Shown here: one piece after another, positions 13,745-24,659 of the stretch | Numbering within the stretch: position 1 is the first letter of the stretch | Layout: the number at the start of each line of letters is the position of its first letter | Notes under the pieces: model-generated | Database searches by the model: none | What the model was told of the DNA's origin: nothing | Seen by the model: only the letters and a program-made list of their open reading frames with translations | Source of the DNA: an uncultured delta proteobacterium | GTDB lineage: Bacteria; Myxococcota_A; Polyangia; Polyangiales; Polyangiaceae | DNA length: 64,000 nucleotides | Direction: 5' to 3' | Assembly: GCA_963716725.1 (NCBI GenBank) | Contig: CAVQUB010000007.1 | Coordinates: forward strand, 64,001 to 128,000 | Program-made: the position numbers and the translations under genes

Positions 13745-15707
13745 CCTGCGTCGGACCTCGACGCGCTCTTGGCCGAGGAGATCCAGCGTCGTTTACCGGT
13801 CCTCGAAGACGACAACTCCGACCCACGCGAAGTTCGCGCGGCGCTGCACACCTTCCGCGGCTCGTCCGCCATGGCAGGACACGCGGATCTGTCGCTGGTC
13901 GTGGCTCAGCTCTCGACTCGCCTGCGACAAGGCGACACGAGCGCACGACGCGACGCGCTGAAGCTACTGCGCGAGGCCAGCACACGCCTGCGCGCGGGGC
14001 GTGCGCCCTTCGACACTCGCTGGCCCGAACCCCCGCCAGGGCTCTGCCCGTCGAGCATCGATCCGAGCTATCGCGCCGAGTATCAGGCCACGGTCCGCGA
14101 ACGCATCGGGGAGCTCGAGGCGTTGCTCGAAGCCTCCCTCGGACGCCGCCGCACTGAGCGGCGCGACCCGGGCAGTCCACTCGGTGAAGGGCGCGCGCGG
14201 CCGCCATCGGCGATGATCTGACCACCTGGTACTGCCACGGCCTCGAGACCGCGCTGAGGCGCCCGACTTCGATCTTCGGCAGCTCGGGACGGAGCTGCCG
14301 AGGCACGTCAGCGTCCTGATTTCGTTGGTCGACGATCCGACCAGCGCCCTGGACACCTTGCGGCCGAGGAGCGTGCGGCCCAGCCGTCCCTCGGGGTTCC
14401 CCGCGCGACGCGGCTCGAGCCCACCCGAAGAGGACACCGGCGAGCAGATGCTGCGGGTGCACGGCGTTTCACTGGAACGCGTGCTGGAACGAGTCGAGTC
14501 GATCCGGCTGGCGCAAGACGAAGTGTCCGGCGCTGCCGCCGTGACCGCCCGCGAGGTGGCTCGACTGCGCGAACAGCGCGCCGATTTGGCGGAAGCGCTC
14601 CGACTCTTGGGACCTCCGCGACCCTGGGGGCCGCCTGCCAGAGCCCTCGCGATGCTGGACGCGGTGAGCGACGCTTTGGCCGCCGCGGCGGACGGGCTCG
14701 AACAGGGCAGCGCTCTGGGGCGAAAGAGCGCGGAACGATTGAAGGGCGCCGCAAACGACGTGCGTCGTGAGATCGGACTGGTACGCCGCACCTCGCTGTC
14801 GTCGATGCTGGGCAAGATCGGCGCGGCCGTCGAGCGCCTGGCCGAACGCGAGGAGCGAAGCGTCCGCGTGCTGATCAAGGCCGGTGACGCGCCAGTGGAT
14901 CGCGAAATCGCCGAGCGGTTGGTGGACCCGCTGATGCAACTCGCACGCAATGCCCTGGCCCACGGCATCGAGCGCCCTGACGAGCGCGCTGCTTCGGGCA
15001 AAGATCCGATCGGAACCCTGACGCTCTCCGCCGAGCGGGTCGGCGACTGGCTGCGCATCGTATGCGAAGACGACGGGCGCGGGGTCGACGTCGAATCGGT
15101 GCGCCGCTCCGCCGTCGACTGCGGATCGATCAGCGCCGAGGCAGCCCGCGCCGCCGGCGACGACGATTTGTTGGCGTTGCTCTTCGTTCCCGGACTCACC
15201 ACCAAGCGTGAGGCCGACCTGCTGGCGGGGCGCGGCGTGGGGCTCGATCTCGCGCTCAATACCGTGCGCCGGCTCGGCGGCACCATTCGGCTCGAACGTG
15301 GACCCGCGAGCGGGCTGCGGGCGACGCTGGAGGTGCCCAGCGAGCGCTTCACCACCGACGTTCTGTGGTTGGAAGCCGGGACCTGGCGCTTGGCGCTGCC
15401 CGTGAGCTTCGCCGGCAAGATCGAGCGCGCGGACCCCGCGCGACCTCCGGTGCCCCTGCTGGCTTGCCTGGGGGAAAGCGCGCCCGCTCCCTCTGCGCTC
15501 TCCCTCGAGCTCTCGCTTCGGGGCATCCCCGCCGTGAGCGTGGGCATCGACGCGGTGGGCGAGGTCGAGGAGTGCAACTTGCGGCCGCTGCCCGCGCTGC
15601 TCTCCCAGAGCGGGCCTTACAGCGGCGCCATCTTGCGCGGAGACGGCACTCTCTTGCTCGCGCTCGATGCGGCGCTCGTGGCGGTTCGTGCTTGGACTCT
15701 GGGTTGA
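13741..15707 (+). CDS. CheA-like histidine kinase (two Hpt-like motifs, HATPase, CheW-like domain; frameshifts at 13750-14330)
   Basis: ALHTFRGSSAMAG, RAVHSVKGA, QLARNALAHGIE, EDDGRGVD, LFVPGLTT, GRGVGLD, YSGAILRGDGTLLLALD. Confidence 0.85.
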
Positions 15708-15728
15708 GTTGCGCGCGGACTCGCCCAG

Positions 15729-16226
15729 ATGTTTGCTCGCGCGCGCATGATCGTCGAGCCCATGACCGCCAGCGACCGCGCGCGCGTGACGCTCATCGCC
15801 GAGCTCGCGCAGCAGTCCATGGATCTAGACAAGGAAGCCGCGCGGACTTGGGGCAGGCTGACCGTTGCGCGCGTGACGCCCGGCTCGGAGGCCATCGCCG
15901 TGCTCCTGACCTGGTCGGTCGCGGACGAGCTGCACGTCATCAACGTGGCCACCCACCCGGAATTTCGCCGGCACGGCGCCGCGCGCGCCCTGCTTTCCCA
16001 GGCGCTGGACCGAGCCTCGCGCGATCGGGTGCGTCTCGTGCTACTGGAGGTGCGCCGGTCCAATCTGGCGGCGATCCAGCTCTACCGTTCGCTGGGCTTT
16101 TCAACGCTCGCGGTCCGCCGCGGCTACTACGCCGACAACTCCGAGGACGCCATCGAGATGAAGCTCAGCTTCGACCCCAACACCGGCCAGATGCTGCCCG
16201 GCCACGACGATGAAGATATCGCCTGA
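15729..16226 (+). CDS. rimI: Ribosomal-protein alanine N-acetyltransferase
   Basis: ADELHVINVATHPEFRRHGAA, LEVRRSNLAAIQLY, RRGYYADNSEDA. Confidence 0.88.
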   Translation: MFARARMIVEPMTASDRARVTLIAELAQQSMDLDKEAARTWGRLTVARVTPGSEAIAVLLTWSVADELHVINVATHPEFRRHGAARALLSQALDRASRDRVRLVLLEVRRSNLAAIQLYRSLGFSTLAVRRGYYADNSEDAIEMKLSFDPNTGQMLPGHDDEDIA

Positions 16227-16227
16227 G

Positions 16228-17026
16228 ATGCTCACCTCTGCAACGCCCCGGCGCACCCAGCTCGTCGCGCCCCTGCTGCGCCGCGAGAGCATGGGCGCGG
16301 CCTATCAGGTGCTCACCTTCGACGTGCGCAAAGACCTCGGCGCGCGCCCCGGTCACTTCTTGATGGTGCGAGGGGCAGAGTGGGGCGACGCTCCGCTCTT
16401 GCCGCGGCCGATGAGCTACCTCGGCGGGGGCACAACTCCCTCGATCTTGATCAAGGTCGTCGGCGAAGGCACGACGCGCATGGCCCGGGCGGAGCCCGGT
16501 GAACCCTTCTCGCTCTTGGGTCCCCTGGGCGTTCCCTGGCGCGCGCCGTCGCCAGGGCGTCGCCCCATCTTGGTGGCCGGGGGAGTCGGCGTGGCTCCGC
16601 TGATTCTTTCTCGCGCGATCGCTGGCCGCGACGGGCATCCGACCGGTGGCGATCTACGGCGGGCGCACGCGCAAAGATCTCCCGCTCGACGACGACCTCG
16701 CAGCGCTCACCGAGCTCCACGTCACGACCGAAGACGGCTCCCGCGGTCAGAAGGGCCGCGTCACCGACCTGCTCGAGGCCGTGCTCAGCGACGACGCCGA
16801 GGTCTTCAGCTGCGGACCGGATCGCATGATGGCGGCAGTCGCGGCCATTTGCGCGCGTCGGGACGTGCCCTGCGAGGTCTCCGTCGAGACCCCGATGGCC
16901 TGTGGCTACGGCGTCTGCCTCGGCTGCCCGCTGCCCGCCAACGGCGGCGGTTACATCTACGCCTGCACCGAGGGGCCGTGCATCGACGCCCGTCGCATCG
17001 ACTGGACCCGGGGAGGCAAGTCGTGA
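16228..17026 (+). CDS. pyrK: Dihydroorotate dehydrogenase electron-transfer subunit (frameshift ~16600-16645)
   Basis: PGHFLMV, LPRPMS, LLGPLG, VAGGVGVAPL, SCGPDRMM, MACGYGVCLGC..CTEGP (2Fe-2S motif). Confidence 0.9.
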
Positions 17027-17931
17027 GTCGCGTTGCGGTCAAAATCGGCTCGTTGGAGCTGAAGAACCCCGTGCTCACCGCCTCGGGCACCTTCGGTTAC
17101 GGCCTGGAGTACGACGACTTCTTCCCCGTCGCCGCCCTCGGTGGGATCTGCACCAAGGGGCTCAGCCGCGAGCCCCGAGCCGGCAACGCGCCCGAACGGA
17201 TCTGCGAGACACCCGCCAGCATGCTCAACGCCATTGGGCTGGCCAACGTCGGCGTCGAGGCCTTCTGCCGCGAGAAATTGCCTGCGCTGCGCGAGCGAGG
17301 CGTGACCGTGGTCGCGAACATCTTCGCGAGCACCACCGAAGACTTCGTCGCCATCGCCGAGCGCCTGGGCGACGAGGCTGGAGTTCACGCGCTCGAGCTC
17401 AACGTGTCGTGCCCCAACGTCTCACACGGGGGCATCGAGTTCGGAAAAGATCCGCGGCTCGCCGCCCAAGTGACCGCGGCCGTACGCAAAGCCGTCGCCC
17501 TCCCGCTCTGGGTCAAGATGAGCCCAGAGGCCGGCGACATCGTCGCGGTGGCCAAGGCCTGCGAGGACGCCGGCGCGGACGCCATCACCGCCATCAACAC
17601 CATTCGCGGAATGACCATCGACGTCGACACCGAACGACAGCGCCTCGCCAATCGCACGGGCGGCTTCAGCGGACCGGCGCTGCGACCGATCGCGCTGCGC
17701 ATCGTCTGGGATCTCGTCGGCGCGGTGTCGATCCCGGTCATCGGCATCGGGGGCATCTCGACCTGGCGCGACGCGCTGGAGTTCTTGCTGGCAGGCGCTA
17801 CGGCCATCCAGGTCGGCACGGCGAACTTCGCCGACCCCTGCGCCGCCAAGAAAGTGCTGGACGGCCTCGAGGCGCACTGCGAGCGCCACCAAACCACGGT
17901 GCCCGAGCTGATCGGGCGCGCTCGACGGTGA
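17023..17931 (+). CDS. pyrD: Dihydroorotate dehydrogenase, type 1B catalytic subunit
   Basis: LKNPVLTASGTFGYG, MLNAIGLANVG, ELNVSCPNV, INTIRG, GGFSGPALRP, IGIGGI. Confidence 0.95.
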   Translation: MSRVAVKIGSLELKNPVLTASGTFGYGLEYDDFFPVAALGGICTKGLSREPRAGNAPERICETPASMLNAIGLANVGVEAFCREKLPALRERGVTVVANIFASTTEDFVAIAERLGDEAGVHALELNVSCPNVSHGGIEFGKDPRLAAQVTAAVRKAVALPLWVKMSPEAGDIVAVAKACEDAGADAITAINTIRGMTIDVDTERQRLANRTGGFSGPALRPIALRIVWDLVGAVSIPVIGIGGISTWRDALEFLLAGATAIQVGTANFADPCAAKKVLDGLEAHCERHQTTVPELIGRARR

Positions 17932-17935
17932 CCCG

Positions 17936-19234
17936 ATGACCGGACGTTTTGCCCTGCTCATGGCCTGTGCGCCACTGGTCGCGGGCTGCCCGGCGCAAGG
18001 TTCGGGCGGCAGCCAAGACAACCCGAATCAGCCGAGCCCCAACGCGAGCATCCTGCCGGCTCCGCTCCTGTCGGGGGATCCATCGCCCAGTGCCAAGGCC
18101 GACGCGGGTCACGGCGGCATTCCCGCAGACTCCGCCGGGCGCTTGATCATCCCCGACGCGGGGCCACCAGAGCCGACAACTTTTCGCGACGACGCGGCGC
18201 TGCCCCGAGACACGCTCGGCGCGAAGGACGGCCAAGGCGTCACGCTCGAAGCGTCGTTCAAGTGGCTCGAAGTTCCGGCGCCGAACAACGTCCCCGAGCT
18301 GTCGAACGACGCCCTGAAGAAGGCCCGAGAAAAGACCGCTCTCCGCGTGACCATCGACCTCGCACCGGCTGGCCGCATGCGCTTCGCCTTCGCCTCGCCG
18401 ACCTTTCCCGTGCCGCAGGGCGCCGAGTTGCGCGCCCAAAACGAGCACTACGGCCACCTCTTGGTTTGGCCCGACGGCAACGCCTACCGCGTGCTCCGCC
18501 CGGGGACCCTGCGGGCCTTGTTCTCGGAGCGACGTGCCGACGCGCTGCCGCTCTCTCCCGCGAAAGCCGATCGCCGTGGCAAGGGTCAGCTGCTCGGCCT
18601 CGAGACCACCAAGCTCGAGATCGACGCGCCCATGGGCGAGGTCTCTATCGAGAGCGGCAACGTGCCCCACATTGGCAGGTCCGGCGAGTTGCTCTGCAGA
18701 CTGCTGATGGACCTCGTCGCCGTCGACCCCGCGGCCAAGGTCTGCCGCGACGGATTGCTGCCCATCAAAGCCGAGCTGCGCTGGCCGAAGGGCGGAAAGC
18801 TCTTGTTCGAGGTCTCGAGTCTCACGCGCAAGGCCGAGCTGCCCTTCGGACTGCTCTTCGTTCCTCCCGCCGGGGCGGCGTACCGCCCGGGTGAGCTCCC
18901 GCCTCAGGCCGCCGGTGTGTTCTTGACCCGCGACGAGCTGGGCGCGTTCCACACCAAGTCGGTGCCGGGGGAGCCCGCCGGAAAGGATGCCCCCGGAGAG
19001 GGCTTGCTCGCGGTCAACCGCAGCGACTCGATCCGCTACGTCTTGCTCGATGGCGTGCCCGTCGCGTGGATTCGGCCGCAGTCCGAGCAGCTCTTGATCG
19101 GGCCACTGCCCGGTCGTTACTCCGTCGCCTGGCGAGACTTTCTGGGTGCGGCGGTGGACCCGCCGGTGGTTGTCTCGCTGCCCGCACGCGTCACCGTCGG
19201 TGGAACGGCCGACGCGGGCGCTGCGCCGCCCTGA
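17936..19234 (+). CDS. Hypothetical lipoprotein
   Basis: Signal peptide with LVAG-C lipobox. Long ORF with host-like codon use, directly after pyrD. Confidence 0.72.
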   Translation: MTGRFALLMACAPLVAGCPAQGSGGSQDNPNQPSPNASILPAPLLSGDPSPSAKADAGHGGIPADSAGRLIIPDAGPPEPTTFRDDAALPRDTLGAKDGQGVTLEASFKWLEVPAPNNVPELSNDALKKAREKTALRVTIDLAPAGRMRFAFASPTFPVPQGAELRAQNEHYGHLLVWPDGNAYRVLRPGTLRALFSERRADALPLSPAKADRRGKGQLLGLETTKLEIDAPMGEVSIESGNVPHIGRSGELLCRLLMDLVAVDPAAKVCRDGLLPIKAELRWPKGGKLLFEVSSLTRKAELPFGLLFVPPAGAAYRPGELPPQAAGVFLTRDELGAFHTKSVPGEPAGKDAPGEGLLAVNRSDSIRYVLLDGVPVAWIRPQSEQLLIGPLPGRYSVAWRDFLGAAVDPPVVVSLPARVTVGGTADAGAAPP

Positions 19235-19304
19235 GCGGGCAAATGCCCCTGTGGCGCCGGCGGGCCGTGGTGTACCGTGGCGGTCCGTACAAGGAGGACT
19301 CTTC

Positions 19305-20180
19305 ATGGAGCCCCGCACCCTGCTTCCCGCCGCCCTCGTCGTCGTCTCCGCGTTGCTGGCCTGCAAATCTGCGGACAAGTCCCAGCAAGAGTCCCAGCCG
19401 GCCAGCAATCCGCTGGCCACTCCGACGGTGCCCACCGGCTCCAACGTGACCTTCGTGAAGCTGGTTCCAAAATCCGGCACGCGCGCCTCGGTCTCGCGCA
19501 AAACGACGTCGAAGTTCACCATGAGCGGCAAGACCTACCGCGAGACGTCGACCACCGACGCGAAGTACACGGTGAAAGCTTCCGACGAGTTTCGGGTGGT
19601 CAAGGCCGACGTCGAGGTCAAAGAGTTGTTCACGACCTCCCAGGAAGGCACTGGCACCGAGAAGAAGAGCGTCAGCCCCTTGTCCGGGTCGACCTACACG
19701 ATCACGCGCTACGACGATGGCAAGCTCGGCGCGGTGGACAGCGGCGGCACCCAGGTCCCCGCATCCACGCTCAAGCTCATCAACGAAGAATTCAAGTCGA
19801 TGTTCGACAAGAACAACGACGGCGCCTTCTTGCCCGATCGCCCGGTCAAGATGGATGAGAAATTCATGCCTTCGTCCGACGCACTGCTGAAAATGCTCGC
19901 CGTGAAGGACGACGGCAAGACCAGCTTCGACGGCGCTGAGTTCATCCTGAAGAGCCACAGCGGGTCGACGGCTTCATTCGACACCGAGATGAGCATGACC
20001 CAGAATATCGGCAACGGCCTGCGACTCCGGGTGAAGTTCAAGGGAACCCTCGATTTCCAGCCCCAAGGCACCTGGAGCACGGCAGCGCACTTGAAGGGTC
20101 CGATGACCCTCTTGAATGGCAAAGGCGACGAGAAGGGCAGCGGCGACGTCGCGGTCGAGATCACGCAGACCTTCGAGTGA
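19305..20180 (+). CDS. Hypothetical Lys/Ser/Thr-rich, beta-rich lipoprotein
   Basis: AAGGAGG RBS. MEPRTLLPAALVVVSALLA-C lipobox. Confidence 0.8.
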   Translation: MEPRTLLPAALVVVSALLACKSADKSQQESQPASNPLATPTVPTGSNVTFVKLVPKSGTRASVSRKTTSKFTMSGKTYRETSTTDAKYTVKASDEFRVVKADVEVKELFTTSQEGTGTEKKSVSPLSGSTYTITRYDDGKLGAVDSGGTQVPASTLKLINEEFKSMFDKNNDGAFLPDRPVKMDEKFMPSSDALLKMLAVKDDGKTSFDGAEFILKSHSGSTASFDTEMSMTQNIGNGLRLRVKFKGTLDFQPQGTWSTAAHLKGPMTLLNGKGDEKGSGDVAVEITQTFE

Positions 20181-20186
20181 GCCGGC

Positions 20187-20802
20187 TCAGGCGTTGCCGA
20201 TGGGCCTGATCACGCTCTCGTAGTCCGCGGGGCCGTAGTGCACGTCCTTCAAGCCCGAGCGCGACAGCTCGCGCCGCGCTTGGTCAGCGGCCATCTCCAC
20301 GATCTCGAAGCGCGTCGACAGTAGCCAGTACTCCGCCTCGCTGACGGGCGGCAGGGCAGCGAGTCGCTGCTCGAGGGCTTCGTGATCTTCGCGATCGAGC
20401 ACCAGCTCCGAAGACGGGCCCGCGTGATCGGAGGACTCGAAGAGGGCGTCCCACGCGAAGGCCGTGGGGTTGAAGGCCAGGAACACCTCTTCGAAGCAAA
20501 GCTGCCAGTCGCTCGCGTCGCTCGACGGCAGCCGCCAAAAGGAGGGCAGTGATCGCCGCACGACCTCGCCGAAGTAGGCCCCGACGCTGCGGGTCAAGAG
20601 CGCGGTCAGCTCGGGCCGCTCGCGCACATTCTGACGAGCCTGCTCCAGGTAGTGATCGAGGACCGGGAGGGTCTCGGGGCTGTAGTCGAGCTCGACGCCC
20701 AGTGAGGTCAGTACGAAATTGACGCGTCGCTTCGCCGAGCTCCACGATCTCCGGGGCGGGCAGCTCGCCCATTTCATCCTCGGGTCCGCCGCCGGTCGAC
20801 AC
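20187..20802 (-). CDS. Conserved hypothetical protein (frameshift ~20725)
   Basis: LGVELDYSPETLPVLDHYL..VGAYFGEVVRR..W. N-terminus (GTG at 20802) is in another frame. Confidence 0.65.
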
Positions 20803-20983
20803 AGGCCGAGCCTAGCCCCAAAACCGCGTGTTTCGACGGCTGTCTGCTCGATCCGGATAAAATGCGCATCGTTTCAGCGGCGAGGCCCCATTCAGGGCTT
20901 GCAGACGCCGCCAGATCGAACGACATATCCGCCGAAAGCCTGGGGCCGCCGTGTTAGATTCGGCGACCTGCCCGAGCACCCTG

Positions 20984-21721
20984 ATGCGCCTCGGTATACT
21001 CAGCGACATCCACGCCAACTACGAAGCGCTCAGCGCTGCGGTCGAGGCGTTCAAGAGCGAAAGCATCAAGGAGTACTACTGCCTCGGTGACACGGTGGGC
21101 TACGGCGGCTCGCCCAACGAGTGCGCGGACGTCGTCCGAGACCTGGTCAAGTCGACCATCCTGGGCAACCACGACGCCGCCGTCGCCGGTCGCATGGACT
21201 ACTCGTACTACTACGAGGCTGCGCGCCACGCGCTCGACACACACGCTCAGCTGCTCTCGAAAGAGAACATGGACTGGCTGCGTGGCCTCCCGTACCAGAT
21301 CCGACTCGACGCGGTGAACCTGCTCCTGTGCCACGGCTCGCCCGTGCGGCTCGAGGAGTTCGAGTACATCTTCGCGCCGGAGCAGGCGCGCGAGTGCCTG
21401 CCCATCTACGACGAGCTGGAGCACCTCACGCTGATCGGCCACTCGCACCTGTGCAAGGTGTTCGCTCTGACGCGCACCACCGTCGAAGAGCTGCCGCCCG
21501 TCGACTTCGAGCTCGAGCCGAACAAGAAGTACATCGTGAGCGTCGGCTCCGTCGGGCAACCGCGCGACTACGACAACCGCGCGAGCTACACGGTCTTCGA
21601 CACGGACAAGAAGCGCTTCGAGTTCAAGCGCGTCGAATACGACATCGAGACCGCGGCCGAAAAAGTCCTGCGCGCGAAGCTCGAGCGGAATTTCGCCCAC
21701 CGGCTGTTCATCGGCGTCTGA
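20984..21721 (+). CDS. Calcineurin-like metallophosphoesterase
   Basis: SDIHAN, LGDTVGYG, GNHD, CHGSP, GHSH, VGSVGQPRD. Confidence 0.92.
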   Translation: MRLGILSDIHANYEALSAAVEAFKSESIKEYYCLGDTVGYGGSPNECADVVRDLVKSTILGNHDAAVAGRMDYSYYYEAARHALDTHAQLLSKENMDWLRGLPYQIRLDAVNLLLCHGSPVRLEEFEYIFAPEQARECLPIYDELEHLTLIGHSHLCKVFALTRTTVEELPPVDFELEPNKKYIVSVGSVGQPRDYDNRASYTVFDTDKKRFEFKRVEYDIETAAEKVLRAKLERNFAHRLFIGV

Positions 21722-21731
21722 TCCGGCGCCG

Positions 21732-23273
21732 TCAGGCGCCGACGGACCAGTCGGTCCCGCCCGGTCCGTCCCGAAGGTTCACGCCCCGAGCCTCGAGCCC
21801 CTTCCGGAGCTCATCCGCCCGGGCGAAATCCTTCGCGGCGCGAGCCGCGCTGCGCTCGGCGATCTGGGTCTCGATTTCCGCGGCTGACAGGCCACGCAAA
21901 CGCATGCGCCGCTCCCGGGTGCGCCCAGCGTATTCGTCACGAGTCGCCGCCAGCAGGCCGAGCTGGCGCCCGAGCGCTTCGATGAGACCGAGGGCTTCGG
22001 CCGCGACCGCGCTCGCGCCCGAGCTGAACGCGGCGTCCTTCTTCCTCTTCAGCGCGAGATCACAGAGGTCGTTGCCCAGGCTCGCGATCTCGCCCAGTTC
22101 GGCCAGCGCCACGCTGGTGTTGAGATCGTCGTCCAGGGCGTCTTGGGCGCGTTGCATCGCTTTGCCGAGGGAGACCCGGGGTTCGATCAGGCCCGCCGCC
22201 AACTTGTCCGGAACGCCCGCAGCATCGGCGGACAGCTCCGCCAAGCGAGCGAGCGTCGCGTACACGTAGTCGACGCGACGTTCGGCCTCGTCCACGCCCG
22301 GGAAGATCACCCGGCCGTCGTCGAGCTTGTCGGTGTCGAACTGGATTGGCCCGCGATAGTGCACGGTGAGCAAGAACCAGCGGAAGGCCTCGGCGTCGTT
22401 ACGTTCGAGCACGTCGCTGACGGTCACGAAATTGCCGAGCGACTTGCTCATCTTCTCTTTGTCGATGTTGACAAAACCGTTGTGCATCCAGGCGCGGGCA
22501 AAGTCGCCCTGCTCGGGATGCGCGGCCTCGCTCTGGGCAATTTCGTTCTCGTGGTGCGGAAAGATGAGATCCATGCCACCCGCGTGGATGTCGAAGCCGT
22601 GGCCGAGATACTTGCTACTCATCGCCGAGCACTCGATGTGCCAGCCTGGACGACCGTGACCCCAAGGGCTCTTCCAGCCCCACTCGTCCTCCGGCGCGCC
22701 CTTCCACAAAGCAAAGTCCAGCGGGTCCCGCTTGGTCTCGTCCTTCTCGACTCGCGCACCGGACACCAGCTCGTCGATGCGGCGCCGTGAGAGCTTGCCG
22801 TAGCCCTCGAAGCTGCGCACGGCAAAGTAGACGTCGCGGGTGCCGCCGGGCATGTCCACCACGTAGGCGGCATCTCGGTCGATGAGCTTCTGAACGATCT
22901 CGAAGATCTCCGGCAGATGGTCGCTGACCTTGGGCTCGTGGGTCGGCCGATCGCAGCCCACGGCGGCGATTTGCTGCCGGTACACCTCGGCCATGCGCTT
23001 CGACAAGGCCAGCGGCTCCTCGCCGCTCTCCTTGGATCGGGCCAGGATCTTGTCGTCGATGTCCGTGATGTTGCGCACGTAAGTGACGTCGTAGCCCCGC
23101 GCGCGCAGGTGCCGCACCAACACGTCGAAGGCCACCGCGGCCCTCGCGTGTCCGGCATGCGGCACGTCGTACACGGTGGGCCCGCAGCAGTAGACGCTCA
23201 CCTTCTGGTCGTGCCGCGGCTGGAGCGGCTCCACGTTTCGGCTGAGCGTGTTGTAGATTCGGACCGTGGTCAT
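21732..23273 (-). CDS. cysS: Cysteinyl-tRNA synthetase
   Basis: [50 protein letters not shown]. Confidence 0.98.
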   Translation of the reverse strand: MTTVRIYNTLSRNVEPLQPRHDQKVSVYCCGPTVYDVPHAGHARAAVAFDVLVRHLRARGYDVTYVRNITDIDDKILARSKESGEEPLALSKRMAEVYRQQIAAVGCDRPTHEPKVSDHLPEIFEIVQKLIDRDAAYVVDMPGGTRDVYFAVRSFEGYGKLSRRRIDELVSGARVEKDETKRDPLDFALWKGAPEDEWGWKSPWGHGRPGWHIECSAMSSKYLGHGFDIHAGGMDLIFPHHENEIAQSEAAHPEQGDFARAWMHNGFVNIDKEKMSKSLGNFVTVSDVLERNDAEAFRWFLLTVHYRGPIQFDTDKLDDGRVIFPGVDEAERRVDYVYATLARLAELSADAAGVPDKLAAGLIEPRVSLGKAMQRAQDALDDDLNTSVALAELGEIASLGNDLCDLALKRKKDAAFSSGASAVAAEALGLIEALGRQLGLLAATRDEYAGRTRERRMRLRGLSAAEIETQIAERSAARAAKDFARADELRKGLEARGVNLRDGPGGTDWSVGA

Positions 23274-23287
23274 CGAGGGCGCGCAGC

Positions 23288-24055
23288 CTACCACGCCCAG
23301 GGATCGCGACGGGGTCCACCGCGGTCCTCCTCGACGCGCGGCCGCTCCCCCGGCGACGCACGGAATCCGTGCCAGGGCTTCGCCCTTCGTCGCTCCCGCC
23401 CGGTCATGAAGGGGCGAACGGCGAGCAGTCCCAGCACGAAGCCGCCGAGATGGGCGAAGAACGCCACGCCACCGGTGGTCGGGAGCGACAGCGACGCCAC
23501 GCCGCGCAGGAGGTTCCACACGAACCACTCTCCAACCACGAACCAAGCCGGGAAGCTGAGCAGGACACCGAACACGAACCAGAGCGGGAAGACCGGGTTG
23601 AGCACGACGATGGGCGCCCGGGGATAGAGCACCAAGTAGGCGCCGAGCACGCCCGCGATGGCACCCGAGGCGCCGACCATCGGAATTGCGCTGCCCGGGT
23701 CGATGCCGATCTGCGCGAGCGCCGCCGCGAGTCCGGCGAGCAGATAGAAGGCGAGGTAGCGCCCGTGCCCCAGGGCGTCTTCGACGTTGTCGCCGAAGAC
23801 GTGGAGGAACAGCACGTTCCCGAGGAGGTGGCCCCAGCTGCCGTGCAGGAACATGCTGGTCACGACCGTGATGGCGTCGGCGCCCGGATCGGCGAGCAGC
23901 CGCGCCGGGACGAGGCCGTAGCCCGAGATGACCGCGTCGCTCCCCCGGGAGAGCACGAGCCACTCGACCAGCCAGACGGCGACGTTCAGCGCGATCAACG
24001 CGATGTTCACCACCGGGGCGGTCCGGCGGGGGTTCTCATCGCGGATCGGGATCAT
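23288..24055 (-). CDS. Rhomboid intramembrane serine protease
   Basis: MIPIRDENP, TSMFLHGSWGHLLGN, GASGAIAG, AHLGGF. Confidence 0.93.
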   Translation of the reverse strand: MIPIRDENPRRTAPVVNIALIALNVAVWLVEWLVLSRGSDAVISGYGLVPARLLADPGADAITVVTSMFLHGSWGHLLGNVLFLHVFGDNVEDALGHGRYLAFYLLAGLAAALAQIGIDPGSAIPMVGASGAIAGVLGAYLVLYPRAPIVVLNPVFPLWFVFGVLLSFPAWFVVGEWFVWNLLRGVASLSLPTTGGVAFFAHLGGFVLGLLAVRPFMTGRERRRAKPWHGFRASPGERPRVEEDRGGPRRDPWAW

Positions 24056-24170
24056 GGCGGGACAAGGTAAGTCCACCGAGCGGGGCGCGCGAGCCCAGCC
24101 GAAGCGCCGCCGCTCACCGGCCGGCAGGCCAGGACCCCGCCGCGCCCACCGGTGCTAACGTCGGGCCCCC

Positions 24171-24656
24171 ATGGCGCGTGTGATCTCGCTGCTGATCGGC
24201 CTGTTGGCTTTCGCCTGCTCGAGCGCTGCGTTCGACGGCACGGTCTACCGGAGCGGCGAGCTCGCATTTCGAGTCGGCCCGGTGCCCGAAGACTGGCAGC
24301 TGATCGAGGCCGACCACACCCTGCTGGCCTTCCGCGATCGCAGCGGTGGCGCGACCATCGCGGTCAACGGGCGTTGCGGCAAAGACGGCGACGACGTCCC
24401 CCTCGAATCGCTCACCCACCATCTCTTCCTGCATTTCACCGAGCGCCAGGTCGCAGGCCAGTCCAAGCTGGCGCTCGACGGTCGCGACGCGCTGCGCACC
24501 GTACTCCTGGCCAAACTGGACGGCGTGCCCAAGCACTTCACGGTCGTCGTGCTGAAGAAGAACGGCTGCGTCTACGACTTCTTGCGCATTGGCCACGACG
24601 GCTCGACCGTCCAAGACTTTGACGGATTCGTGCGCGGGTTCACCACGCTGAGCTGA
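24171..24656 (+). CDS. Hypothetical lipoprotein
   Basis: LLAFA-C lipobox, two further Cys, coupled to mlaE. Confidence 0.72.
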   Translation: MARVISLLIGLLAFACSSAAFDGTVYRSGELAFRVGPVPEDWQLIEADHTLLAFRDRSGGATIAVNGRCGKDGDDVPLESLTHHLFLHFTERQVAGQSKLALDGRDALRTVLLAKLDGVPKHFTVVVLKKNGCVYDFLRIGHDGSTVQDFDGFVRGFTTLS

Positions 24657-24659
24657 ACG

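Noticed and set aside
16210..17931. Apparent PyrK-PyrD fusion (573 aa)
   Set aside because: Produced by an indel in pyrK. The true PyrK C-terminus is in another frame and ends at 17026 with a GTGA overlap.
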